Source: Mobula hypostoma
Lineage: Eukaryota
NCBI RefSeq assembly: GCF_963921235.1
Contig: NC_086101.1
Span: 5,148,001 to 5,212,000 of the forward strand
Length of the DNA stretch: 64,000 bases
Reading direction: 5' to 3'
Shown: positions 36,389 to 48,595 of the stretch, piece by piece
Layout: each line of letters begins with the position of its first letter
How positions within the stretch are numbered: position 1 is the stretch's first letter
Notes under the pieces: model-generated
Told to the model about the DNA's origin: nothing
The model's input: the letters and a program-made list of their open reading frames with translations, nothing else
Databases searched by the model: none
Made by a program: the position numbers and the translations under genes

Positions 36389-36494
36389 CCAACAGCGTCC
36401 ATCCACATTGTCGAGAACTGGTTGCTAAAAATTTGCATTTGCTTTAACGTAATGATGGAAATTGAGTATTTGGATAACAGAATGACTGTTTATA

Positions 36495-37092
36495 TGTAAC
36501 GCTCATATATGTCCGGGGGAATCCCATCCAGCACCTACCTCAACACTTCCTGCGGAGTCGGTCGCTGCACCACTACCGCCCGGATCAATCCCAAACATCA
36601 ATCATCAGCCAGCACACCCAGTACGTTTTACCAAGTACACTTTATAGATATTACTAAGTCTATGACATTAATATAAATTCGATACCGAAAAGGAAGTAAT
36701 GGGAAAAAAAAAGAGGCGCCAGACTTATCAAAGTCCAAGTTCTTCGCGCACAACCGTTGGAGCTCAATCGGTTCCTGCCGACCACCCGGATCCTGTCGAC
36801 TCACGGCTCAGGACCACCCGGAGTGATGGACTGGAGCCTTCCGCACGTCCGTCGTCCTCCCCGTCTCTCGTCCAACTCCCCGCCAAAAACCCCGTCCACA
36901 GTCATATGAGACAGCATTATCATCCGAAAAAAGATACATGAACGATACATGACTAATAGCACCCTGCTATCTGTATTAAATGTCTAGCTAGAGACTTCCT
37001 CAGCATTTAACCTAACAAAGAAGCATTCCCAAGTATAACATAACAAAGAAGCCATTTTAAATTTAACATACGAAAAAGAAAGGCCCTGTACA
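36495..37092 (-). mobile_element. Solo LTR (probably Gypsy-type)
   Basis: TGTA...TACA-type termini, TATA TSD at 36491-36494 and 37093-37096; reverse complement homologous to 42250-42943. Strand is given relative to that copy. Confidence 0.8.
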
Positions 37093-37114
37093 TATAATTC
37101 TAAGAGAAGGAATT

Positions 37115-37894
37115 ACCATGGATTCCAGTAATTGGGGCCATTAGTTGATCCTGAGAGCTGAAGGATAATTAGAACATAGAAAGCAACAACACATTACAGG
37201 TCTGTCATTTTTGTACCATCCGTGTTATTATTGTTAATGGGGACAGCCACAGGGGTGCTCTCCTCTACCTACCCTTCCCTCTTCTGACGGTCATGAAACG
37301 AGAAAATTGCTGATGTTTATTTGGGAGATGGTGGCAATTAATTGGGTCAGGAGACTTTTGCCAAACAAGTTCTAACTAGTATCAGTTCTGCACTTACGTG
37401 GTTATAAGACACTCCACCATGTTTTGAACAAACAGATCTTAAGCCGTGTCAGTTATGTGTGTTTGTTCAAAAAGCAGTGATTTTTGATAGCTGGCAATAA
37501 TAAGCAGCTAGACAATTCAGAACTGTTTTACTGACAGCAGCTTCAAGTGTCCAGATTTGGAGATGCCAGGATAAAACCCGTGATGAGAATGAAATTATTT
37601 CACTAATTCAACCAGTTCGGAACTGTGAATAATTTGAAGATAATAACAATCATCTTGAAGGTTACAATGAAAAAGTAGATTTGGAAGATGCTATTGTCAA
37701 AAGTATCGCATGAAGGCTGTCATACAGTAATGGAGTACTATTGGTAGTGTTCTGTGTATTTCATTTAAATACATAGATTGTCTTTTTATGCCTTTTTAAC
37801 TACTTCAATGAAACTTCGGCTAACTGGGGCTGCCACTGATACAGAGCAAAATGTACTGGTCCCATTCTGTCCCAATTCAGTGGAATCAAGTGTA
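37115..37894. mobile_element. Degenerate pogo/Tigger-like non-autonomous DNA element
   Basis: Imperfect terminal inverted repeats TGGATTCCAGTAATTGGGGC ... GTCCCAATTCAGTGGAATCAAGTGTA. Confidence 0.5.
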
Positions 37895-37984
37895 CTTAAA
37901 TTTGATATTTTATTTGTTGCTTGTATATGCTACCATTGCCTTTTTAAAATCAGTATATTGTTGGATTTAAAAACGTAAATGTAA

Positions 37985-38125
37985 ATGCTGGAAATTCAAG
38001 CAACACACATCAAAGTTGCTGGTGAATGCAGTCTTGATGAAGGGTCTCGGCCCGAAACGCCGACTGTACCTCTTCCTAGAGATGCTGCCTGGCCTGCTGC
38101 GTTCACCAGCAACTTTGATGTGTGT
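37985..38125. mobile_element. Penelope-derived fold-back mini-element enclosing a hammerhead-like motif
   Basis: Arms CACACATCAAAGTTGCTGGTGAATGCAG / CTGCGTTCACCAGCAACTTTGATGTGTG around CAGTC-TTGATGA-AGGGTCTCGGCCC-GAAA-CG-CC-GACTG. Confidence 0.85.
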
Positions 38126-38926
38126 ATCTTGTTGGATATTGTTTTTAAACATAAGTTTACGGTGCTGATTGCATCGTCTGTGAATTTGTGTATATATATA
38201 TATTTTGTTATGAATACACTAACCTCTTTTAAAAAAAGAAATCTTCCTCTGTCCCTTTATCCTGAGCCTTCTGTTGTGTCTATTCTGAACACTTTGATGC
38301 CCTGTATTTAATTCCTGTTGTTTGGGTGAACTGGAGGAAAATTAGTTGAAAAGTTGGTTACGGACACGAGGAAGTCTGCAGATGCTGGAAATTCACACAG
38401 AGTGCTGGAGGAACTGAGCAGGCCGGGCAGCGTCTATGGAAAAGAGTAAACTGTCGATGCTTGGGGCCGAGACCTTCAGCAGGGTGAGGCGGTTAGCACA
38501 ATGATATTACAGCTTGGGGTGTTGGAAGTTTGGAGTTCAGTTCCAGTGTTACTGTGTATTTAATATTTCAGTAATATTCGAGCAGTCTTGTGTATATATT
38601 GATTAAGCATTCTTCATTTAAATAATAATGAGCTATATGTAAAAATATGTAAATTGTATATGTCATCACACTACCTCGTGATAGGGGCATACGAGTATAA
38701 CAGGAGTCCTCTGTGAGAAGTTTGTACATCCTTCGCGTAGGTTTCCTCCAGATGCTTCAGTTTCCTCCCACAGTCCAAAGACGTAGGGGTTAGGAGGGTC
38801 ATTGTCATCGTAAATTGTCCTGTCGTTAGGCCAAGTAGTTTGCTGGTTGGTCGTGGCTGGCTGGGCTGGAGGATCCTGTTCTGCACTGTATCTCTTCAGT
38901 ATCTACATAAGGTGAAGTAAGACCCT

Positions 38927-40842
38927 GGCCACTCTATTAGGTACATCTGTACAACTGCTCATTAAAGCAACTACCAATCATGTGGCAGCAACTCAAAGCA
39001 CGCCGACATGGTCAAGAGGTTCAGTTCAGACTGGGGACGAAATGTGATCTAAGTCACTGTGGCATGGAATGATTGTTGGTGCCAGATGGGCAGTTTGAGT
39101 AACTACTGATCTCCTGGGATTTTCACACACAACAGTCTCTAGAGTTTACAGAGACCGGTGCGGGAAATACAAAAAAAAACCCAGTGACTGGCAGTCCTGT
39201 GGGTGGAAACCCCTTGTTAATAGACAATAGACAATAGGTGCAGGAGTAGGCCATTCAGCCCTTTGAGCCAGCACCGCCATTCACTGTGATCATGGCTGAT
39301 CATCCACAATCAGTATCCAGTTCCTGCCTTATCCCCATAACCTTTGATTCCACTATCTTTAAGAGCTCTATCCATCTCTTTCTTGAAAGCATCCAGAGAC
39401 TTGGCCTCCACAGCCTTCTGGGGCAGAGCACTCCATATATCCACCACTCTCTGGGTGAGAAAGTTTTTCCTCAACTCCGTTCTAAATGGCCTACCTCTAA
39501 TTCTTAAACTGTGGCCTCTGGTTCTGGACTCACCCATCAGCGGGAACATGCTTCCTGCCTCCAGCATGTCCAATTCCTTAATAATCTTATATGTTTCAAT
39601 AAGATCCCCTCTCAGCCTTCTAAATTGCAGAGTATACAAGCCCAGTAGCTCCAATCTTTCAACATATGACAGTCCCGCCATCCCGGGAATTAACCTTGTG
39701 AACCTACGCTGCACTCCCTCAATAGCAAGAATGTCCTTCCTCAAATTTGGAGACCAAAACTGCACACAGTACTCCAGGTGTGGTCTCAGCAGGGCCCTGT
39801 ACAGCTGCAGAAGGACCTCTTTGCTCTGATACTCAATTCCCCTTGTTATGAAGCCCAGCATGCCATTAGCTTTCTTCACTGCCTGCTGTACTTGCATGCT
39901 TGCTTTCAGTGACTGATGTACAAGAACACCTAGATCTCGTTGTACTTCCCCTTTTTGTAACTTGACTCCATTTAGATAATAATGGGAGAGCTCGGAGGAG
40001 AATGGCCAGACTGGTTCAAGCTGACAGTAACTGGAATAACTACACGTGACAACTGTGGTGTGCAGGAGAGAATCTCAACGCGCAGGTCGAACTCTGAAGT
40101 GGATGGGTTACAGTGGCAGAAGAAAGTGGATAAGTAGGCAACTGGGTGTATAAGGTATGAGTGGACACACAGCTCACAGAGAAAAGATGTGCTGGTATCA
40201 GAGAGAGTCCAGAGGAAGCTCACAAGGATGATTCTGGGAATGAAAGGGTTATCATATGAGGAACGTTTGATGGCTCTGGGGCTGTGCTCGCTGGAATTCA
40301 GAAGGATGAGGGGGGATCTCATTTAATGTTGAAAGGCCTAGACAGAGTAGATGTGGGAAGGATGTTTCCCATGGTGGGAGAGTCCGGGACAAGAGGGCAC
40401 AGCCTCAGGATAGAGGGGCACCCTTTCAAAACAGAGATGCGGAGAAATTTCTTTCGCCAATGGGTGGTGAATTTGTGGAATTTGTTGCCACATGCAGCTG
40501 TAGAGGCCAGGTCGTTGGGTGTATTTAAGGCAGAGATTGATAGGTTCTTGAATGGACACAGCATCAAAGAAGGCCAGGAACAGGGGTTGAGGATAAGAGA
40601 AAAAGGATCAGCCATGATTGAATGGCGGAGCAGACTCGATGGGCCAGATGGCCTAATTCTGCTCCTATGTCTTATAGTCTTATTAACATCGGTGCCGAGT
40701 TCGACACGGCAAAAGGCTTACCTCACTGCAGGAACACTGTGCATTCGGGGTAGAGATAGAGGGGGAAAGTAGATCAGGAATACTGACGGAACAATGGAAA
40801 CTTTGTTGCAGGAGGTACCAAATAAAGTGGCCACGGAGTGTA
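38927..40842 (+). mobile_element. Tc1-like non-autonomous element with two nested CR1 insertions (~39222-39980 minus, ~40185-40685 plus)
   Basis: Termini TGGCCACTCTATTAGGTAC and GTACCAAATAAAGTGGCCA; ORFs 39310..39897(-) and 40284..40772(+) are CR1. Confidence 0.75.
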
Positions 40843-41644
40843 ACTTTCGTTGTTTGGGGAAATTCAAAATCCGTGAAAATAAACGTCCACACTACGCCGG
40901 ATAATTTTGAAAACGCCGGTTTCGAGTAAAAACGACAGGCGTCCACACTAAGCGTTTTTCAAAATATCTCCGTCCACATGGGCGGATATTTGGACGAATC
41001 TCCTCCTACTGGGCAGGAGGACTTAAAACTAAAAAAAACAAATACTGGAGCGTATGGAGGCAACCGACAGGGAGTTCATGGACAGTATGACCTGGCTGAT
41101 GACGAACATTGAAAAACTGACTAACTCTGTCGCATTAATAAAGCACCTTGTTAAATGTATGAAACGTCTGCATCAGTGTTATCTTGTATTTCCATACAAT
41201 GTTACATTAGGCTGTTACACATCTATTGTCAGAGAAGTACTTGCATAAATAGGTAAACCACCTTCATACAAGCAAAGGCAGAAAACAGGGCAAAGGGAGT
41301 ATACTTATTTATTCAGTAAGCTATGGGTCAAAGTATTTGGTGAGTACATTTCTAACCCTTCTGGCTTCAGTCTCGTTGCCGTCTGTTCTGAAATTGTTAG
41401 ATTCTGCAAAGCGCAGAATCAAATATCGCTGTGCTGATTGTACGCTCTGGTATCAATTGTTTGGCGACAGTAAAGTAGTGATAATAATAAAAAGAAGAAA
41501 ACAATGAAATGCCGCGTTGTCACCACCTGTTCCAGCACGCCGTGACAGCGGTTCTGAAAAGCTCCGGTGTAAGGAGCTCCCATGCAACAGCATGACTATG
41601 GCCGGCCTCTTCTCCTGTCAAATACCCTTGCACTCCACTGGCTG

Positions 41645-42249
41645 AGAGCAACACACACAAAATGCTGGAGGAACTCAGCAGGTCAAGCAGCATCTATGGA
41701 AATGAATAAACAGTCCCTGTTTTGAGTCGAGACCCTTCATCAATACTGGAAAGGAAAGGAGACAATCCCAGAATAAGAATTTGCGGACAGGGGAAGGAGG
41801 ACAAGCTAGCAGGTGACACACAGCAACATGCTGGAGGAACTCAGCAGGCCAGGCAGCATCTATTTAAAAGAGTACAGTTGTTGTTTTGGGCTGAGACCCT
41901 TCAGCAGGCGGTACTCTTTTCCATGGATGCTGCCTGGCCTGCTGAGTTCCTCCAGCATTTTGTGTGTGTGTGTTGCTTGGATTTCCAGCATCTGCCGATT
42001 TTTTTTGCTAGTTCAAGCTAACAGGTGGGTGGTGTTGAAGTGAGAAGCTGGGAGTTGACAGGTGGAAGAGGTAAAGGGCTGAAGAAGAAAGAATCTGACA
42101 GGAGAGGAGAGTGGACGATGGGAGAAAGGGAAGAAGGTGATAGGCAGGTGAGAAGAAGGGGGAAGGGTGAGGAGAAAAAATACCTGGTTGGAGAAATCGA
42201 TGGCCATGCCATCAGGTTGCAGACTAGGCAGAATATGAGGTGTTGTTCC
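41645..42249 (-). mobile_element. Penelope terminal fragment with nested fold-back copy (~41815-42000)
   Basis: Reverse-oriented terminal repeat ATGCTGGAGGAACTCAGCAGG twice, plus a forward arm CCTGCTGAGTTCCTCCAGCAT. Confidence 0.75.
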
Positions 42250-42943
42250 TGTACGGAGTTTCTTCTCTTGTGTTACTGCGTAGTCTAATTAAAATGGCTT
42301 CTTTGTTATGTTAACTGCTGAGAAAGTCCTCCCACTAGTAGTTTGTTTGGATCATGTTACTGATAAGAGGATGAACAAACCAATTGGGATAGATGTTATT
42401 CTTTCTGTGTGTCTGTTTGTTAGTGCGATGTGTGGGTTTTTTGGAGAGAAGGCGGGAGAGAGAGAGAGAGAGACAGAGGATGGACCAGGTGCTGTGAGTC
42501 GGCTAATGGGGTCGGACCCCGAGCAGGAGTCCGAGGTCCAGGGTGTTCAGTGAGGAGAGGGGACGGGGATGGACTCGTGTGGAGCGTCTGGTCGACCACC
42601 GTTGTTGGTCCCAGGCGGCAGGTCGAGGTGGTCTGAGGGGATCACAGAGTGAAGAAGAAGGGTCCTGAGCTCCAACTGTTTGTGCATGAAGAGATTGAAC
42701 TTTGATAAGTGTGGCGCCTTTTATTTTCCTTTTTTATTTTATTCTCTATTAATTATATAGTTTCAGTAATATCTATAAACTGTAAATCATTTAATTGCAT
42801 CTGGTGTATTGTCTGTTATTTGGCAGGGTGGGGTACCTCACACAGCATCCACGCAAACTAATTACCCAGTTTGGTGGGGCTGAGGGCTGCTTCCCTAGAC
42901 GACAGCGAGCTGAGCGACCCCGAGGCTTGCCAGGGGGGCTACA
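42250..42943 (+). mobile_element. Solo LTR related to 36495-37092
   Basis: TGTA...TACA termini, imperfect 4-bp TSD (TTCC/CTCC); shares AAAATGGCTTCTTTGTTATGTTA and TGAGCTCCAAC...CTTTGATAAGT.TGGCGCCT blocks. Confidence 0.75.
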
Positions 42944-43254
42944 CTCCTCTCAGACCTGGCTCGTTTTTCATGATGGTTCTATGAACAGCTTTGACATTGA
43001 TTTAATACACCTTTCAATAAATCAGCTGTAAAACAAAATGCTTCTGAATGTTCCTCCGTGCTAGATAATCTGGAAAGTTTGAAGTAGATTATTATCACCA
43101 TATACTACCTTGAGAGTTCGTTTTCCTGCAGGCATTCACGGTAGAACAAAAACATACAATAGAATTAATGAAAAACTACACAAACAAAGGTTGACAAACA
43201 ACCAATGTGGGAAAAGTAGACAAAGTGCAAATACAAAGTCAGTAAATTTACCAA

Positions 43255-44105
43255 GACAGGTGTGTAAAAAGGATCATTGGGGACCCGAGTCACCCCAACC
43301 ACAAACTGTTCCAGCTGCTACCATCCGGGAAATGGTACTGCAGCATAAAAGCCAGGACCAACAGGCTCTGGGACAGATTCTTCCACCAGGTCATCAGAGT
43401 GATTAATTCATGCTGACACAACCGTATTTCTATGTTATATTGGCTGTTCTGTTGTACATACTATTTATTACAAGTTACTATAAATTGCACATTGCACATT
43501 TAGATGGAGACGTAACGTAAAGATTTTTACTCCTCATGTATATGAAGGATGTGAATAATAAAATGGCATTCAACCTGGCACTCAATGTCGGTAAGACGAA
43601 AGAGCTGATTGTAGACTTCAGGAAGGGTAAGACGAAGGAACACATACCAATCCTCATAGAGGGATCAGAAGTGGAGAGAGTGAGCAGTTTCAAGTTCCTG
43701 GGGGCATGTCAACAAATACACTCAAAAAGTTCTATAGATGTACTGTGGAGAGCATTCTGACAGGCTGCATCACTGTCTGGTACGGAGGGGCTACTGCACA
43801 GGACCGAAAGAAGCTGCAGAAGGTTGTAAATCTAGTCAGCTCCATCTTGGACACTAGTCTGCAGAGTACCCAGGACAGCTGGGTACTGTTTTTTAATATA
43901 CTGTATTTCTGCTTTTGCATGTTTTTTATTAATATCCATTCAATATACATATACTGTAATTGATTTATTTGTTTATTAATTATTATCTTTATTTTATTTA
44001 TTATTATTTTTTCTCTCTGCTAGATTATGTATTGCATTGAACTGCTCCTGCTAAGTTAACAAATTTCACAACGCATGCTGGTGATAATAAACCTGATTCT
44101 GATTC
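43255..44105 (+). mobile_element. Rex/Babar-type LINE fragments
   Basis: LALNVGKTKELIVDFRK...ERVSSFKFLG; FYRCTVESILTGCITVWYG; (GATTCT)n tail. Confidence 0.82.
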
Positions 44106-44898
44106 AGTTCAATTCAATTCAATAGTGAGACATGCGTTTTAGAGTTCCTGAAAGTGAGTCCATAGGTTTTGGAATTAGATCAGAGTTGTGTTGAGTGAAG
44201 TTATTCCCTGTAGTTCAGAATCAGGATGGTTGAGGGGTAATAACTGAATCTTAAGTGTGAGACTAAGACTCCTGTACCTACTTCTGATGGTAGCAGCGAG
44301 AAGAGAGCAAGGCCTGATCATGGAGGCAGCTTGCTTGTGGCAGTGCCTCTTGTAGATGTGCTTAGTGGTGAGGAAGGCTTTGCCAGTGATGGACTGGCCT
44401 GCTTTGTAGACTTTTGTGTTTGTCATTATTGGTGTTTCTACACCAGACTATTTGCATCCAGTCAGGCTACTCTCCAACGTGCATCTGTGAAAGTTTGTCA
44501 CCCCACTGGGTTTGGGAACGGTTATTACACCTCAACCAGCAGGCTCTTGCACCAGATGGGATGGCTTCACTCACTCCAACACTGAACTGTTCCCACAAAC
44601 TGTGGGCTCACTTCATCGCATGACTTGATATTTACATAGAAACCTACAGCACAATACAGGCACTTCAGCCCACAATGCTGTGCTGAACACGTACAGTACT
44701 TACTTTAGAAATTACCTAGTGTCACCCATAGTCCTCAATTTCTCTAAGCTCCATGTACCTATCCAAGAGTCTCTTAAAAGACCTTTTATGGCTTATCTAT
44801 TCTAAAAAGTTCTTTTTTCTTTATTTTGTATTTGCAGTTTCTTGTGTTTGCACATTGGTTGTTTGTCCGTCCTGTTGGGTGTGGTCTTTCATTGATTG

Positions 44899-45209
44899 TG
44901 GGCATGTGGCCAAGTGGTTAAGGCATTGGACTAGCTACCTGAAGGTCGTGAGTTCGAGTCCCAGCCGAGGCAGCGTGTTGTGTCCTTGAGCAAGGCACAT
45001 AATCACACATTGCTCTGCGATGACAGTGCCAAGCTGTATGGGTCCTAATGCCCTTCCCTTGGACAACATTGGTGTCGTGGAGAGGGGAGACTTGCAGCAT
45101 GGGCAACTGCTGGTCTTCCATACAACCTTGCCCAGGCCTGCACCCTGGAGAATGAAGACTTTCCAGGTGCAGATCCATGGTCTCGCAAGACTAACGGATG
45201 CCTATTTCA
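44899..45209 (+). mobile_element. tRNA-derived SINE with CORE-like domain and 12-bp TSD
   Basis: A box TGGCCAAGTGG, B box GTTCGAGTC, TGTGTCCTTGAGCAAGGCAC core; TTTCATTGATTG at 44887-44898 and 45210-45221. Confidence 0.85.
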
Positions 45210-46179
45210 TTTCATTGATTGGAATTATGGTTCTTGGAATTACTGTGTATTCCAGCAAGAAAACAAATCTCAGGGTTGTATATGGTGACATACATGAACT
45301 TTAATAATAAATTCACTTTCAAGTTTTAGCTGGCATGCCAAACCTGCACAAACCTTTAAGAAAACAGAGGCACTGCTGTTCAAAGTAAATTTATTATGAA
45401 TGTCACCATACACAACACTGAGATTCATTTTCATAAGGGCATACACAGTAAATGAAAAGAAATAAAAACACCAGCAAAGTAATCACAGAAAGTAAATACG
45501 CGATAAATATCAAGAACATGAGATGAGACCTTGAGAGGGGAGGGACAACACTGAGGGATCACGGGTTAAGGGTGAGGGACTGCCTTCAGGCACTGAAATT
45601 ATGGTATTGTTTTGCACTGCTGTAACTATATACTATACTTTATACTCTATTCTTGGTTGGTGCAACTGTAACGAAACCCAATTTCCCTCGGGATCAATAA
45701 AGTACGACTATGTTATAATTATGTGGTCTTGTTAGTGTTAGTCTTTGATTTGTTCTGTTTTTTTTTGTGATAATACTCTGGAGGAACATTGTATTATTTC
45801 TTAATTCATGCATTTATAAATGACAATAAATGAGGACTGAGTGTCCTCATAATCTAAGAGGGTCTGCACTGACGGAATGGGTAGCACTGAGGACGAGTAC
45901 CATCGGTTGAGCTAAATGTCAATCACGTGAATACTGGTATCCTATTGGGGAAAACCCGTTCGGGCCCTCCTCCCTGAAGGTCCCGCCTTCCCACCTGCCA
46001 ATTATGCGGTGTCGGCGCACTGATAGCGGGGCCGGGGGCGGGGCCTGAGGCGGGGGGCGGGGATCGGGGACAGGGGCGGGGGCGGGGGCGGGGCCGGGGG
46101 CAGGGGTGGGGGAGAGGTTTGTCTGTCTTTCGGAGGGCGGGGCGAGAGAGCTGCCTCGCCGCCCCTTCGCCGACGTCAT

Positions 46180-46250
46180 CAGTACGTCTCAACCGTCGGC
46201 GGCGGGGTTGCCGGGGAGACGCTGGAGGCGCATTATTTGAATCTGCCGAG
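46180..46250 (+). other. CENPA: Probable non-coding first exon of CENPA (5' end unknown; start is a guess)
   Basis: Strong donor GAG|GTAAGG at 46250/46251 inside the CpG island; the ATG-bearing exon at 50719 has an acceptor upstream. Confidence 0.6.
46226..46241 (+). promoter_or_regulatory. CDE/CHR tandem cell-cycle element
   Basis: AGGCGC + 4-nt spacer ATTA + TTTGAA (46236-46241), the canonical spacing. Confidence 0.75.
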
Positions 46251-47323
46251 GTAAGGGGGCTGGGCCGCGGGCTGCGGGCCCCGAGTCGCGCTCGCTCGCT
46301 CGGTGGAGGCTCGGGACGGCGGTGACGGTGAGGGGAGAGCGGCGGGGATCGGGGCGGCCGTGACGGTGAGGGGCAGGGGCGCGGCGGTGGGTGGAAGACG
46401 GAAGGAGAGGCTGCCAGTGTCGAAAAGCCTATGCTCCGCCATGCTGACACTTTAAATGACAGCTCAAGTCCTAATTATTTAACTATCTTTTTGTCTTTTT
46501 ATTTTCATGTTTTTTTTAATGTTTTGCACCTGATCCCGTTGTAAAGCAGTTTGCACTAAGTCTGAATGAAAAGAGGTCCAGAAATAAGTTATTGTTTTGT
46601 AACAAGTCTCTTTGCCCCTCAGATTTTTAAACTTTCTGCCCGCTTAGATAGAAGATACTTTATACCTTTATTCCCTCCACCAAAGTGATTGATCATACAC
46701 TACCGGACACTGCATTCCGTCTGCCAATCTCCTAATGTTACCGGTCCAAGCGCTTCTGCAGACTCCCTGCTTCCTTAACACTCTCTTCTCCTCCACCTGT
46801 CTTTGTATCGTCCTCAAACTTGGCCGCAAAGCCATCAATTCCGAAATTCCGACATCCACATCATTAGCGTGATATACAATGTGAAAAGTAGTGATCCCTA
46901 CACTGAACCCTCCGTCACACCGCTGGTCACCAGCAGCCAAGTAAAAAAGGACCCCCACCCCCCGTTTATTTCCTCACTTTGCTTCCTGCCAGTCAGCCAA
47001 TCCTCTATCTATGTTAGTATCTTTCCATGGGCTCTCTAATGGCAATTTTGCAATGTGATAACAGATTGGGCGATTATAGTTTATGTCCTATAGAGCATTG
47101 GACATTAACACCAGAAATTCTATAGATGCCGGAAATCCAGAGCAACACACCCAAAATGCTGCAGGATTAGCAAGTAGTAGGGAAATAAAGAGCTCTTACA
47201 GGGTTGGTATCAGGGAGTGAACATCTGTAACAGGCTCAACTGGCCTTAGCTATAAACTGCAGGCCAAAGTGAACTCAACACAAATAAGAGAAAACCTGCA
47301 AATGCTGGAAATCCAAACGACAT

Positions 47324-47371
<48 letters not shown>

Positions 47372-47586
47372 CTGGAGAAAATCAGCAGGTCAGGCAGCAT
47401 CCATGGAAAACAGTACACAGTCGAAGTTTCAGACTGAGACCTTTCATCAGGATTGTGTGTGAAATGATGGCTGTTTATTCTTTTCCATTGATGCTACCTG
47501 ACCTGCTGAGTTCCTCCAGCACTTCGTGTGCGTTGCTCTGAATGTGGAACATTACAGTATACTGTAGTAAAGACCCTTGTTGTGTT

Positions 47587-47806
47587 GGGCACGTGGCCAA
47601 GTGGTTAACGCATTCGTCTAGTAATCTGAAGGTCGCTAGTTCGAGCCTCAGCTGTGGCAGCGAGTTGTGTCCTTGAACAAGACACTTAACCACACATTAC
47701 TCTAGTCTGTGCGAGGAGTTGTGCCCCACACAGACTTCCAATCTGCGCCTTGTAAGGCATGAAAATGCCCGACGCAGGCCTCACATGGTCTGAGTCGACA
47801 TTGCCC
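47587..47806 (+). mobile_element. tRNA-derived CORE-like SINE, second subfamily
   Basis: Same head and core as 44899-45209 but a different tail; AAAGACCCT direct repeats at 47569-47577 and 47807-47815. Confidence 0.78.
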
Positions 47807-47949
47807 AAAGACCCTCAATGCTGTGCCTCCCTGTTAATCTACTTGAAGATCAGCCTAGCACCTAATGAAACCAATACTCGACGAAGGGTTGACAATGCAG
47901 ATATTGAGAAGATATTTCCTCTGGTGGGGGAATCATATAATTGTAATTG

Positions 47950-48595
47950 CAAAGAAAGCACAACAGCACTCTACTTCCTTCAAAGGCTGTGGAGATTCAA
48001 CATGTCCTCCCAAACCTTGACAAACTTCTACAGGCGTGTGGTGGAGAGTGTATTGACTGGCTGCTTTATGGCCTGGTATCAGAATACCAATGCCTTTGAA
48101 TAGAAAGTCCTACAGAAGGTAGTGGATTTGGCCCACTACATCACAGGTAAAACCTCCCAACCATTGAGCACATCTACATGAAATGCTGCTGTAGGAAAGC
48201 AGCATCCACCATCAAAGATCCTCACCACCAGACTGTGTTCTCTTCTCGCTGCTGCCATCAGGTAGAAGGTACAAGAGCCTCAGGACTCGCACCACCAGGT
48301 TCAAGAACAGTTACTACCCCTCAACCATCAGGTTCTTGAACAATTGGGGATAATTACATTCATTCTATTGGTGTTCCCACAACCAATGATCTCACTTTAT
48401 TTTGTTGCTTCGTGTTCTCATTATTTATTGCTATTCATTTACAGTTACATTTCAACAGTTTGTTATCTTCTATTCTTCTGCTCTTTCATTGATCCTGTTT
48501 ACAGTTACTGTTCTCAGATTACAGTTATTGTACTCAGGAAACTGAAGCTCAGGGCGATATGTACTCTGGTAATGAATTTTACTTTGAACTTTGGA
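47950..48595 (+). mobile_element. Rex/Babar-type 3' fragment
   Basis: LYFLQRLWRFNMSSQTLTNFYRRVVESVLTGC; ends in ACTTTGAACTTTG tail. Confidence 0.8.

Larger units (their letters stand above)
45920..46440 (+). promoter_or_regulatory. CENPA: CpG-island TATA-less promoter of CENPA
   Basis: Only CpG-dense non-repeat segment of the window. E-box CACGTG 45924-45929, ATTGG 45944-45948, CCAAT 45998-46002, many GGGGCGGGG boxes, CRE-like GACGTCA ~46172-46178. Confidence 0.82.

Noticed and set aside
40860..41570. Harbinger-like element (repeated GTCCACACTA)
   Set aside because: Only one terminus is recognisable and there is no TSD, so it could not be called with support.
44899..44975. tRNA gene (also ~47587-47660)
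   Set aside because: A and B boxes run into a SINE core and tail bounded by TSDs; no clean cloverleaf or terminator.
45919..46450. Pro/Arg-rich ORFs on both strands
   Set aside because: By-product of the GC-rich promoter island; low complexity with no domain.
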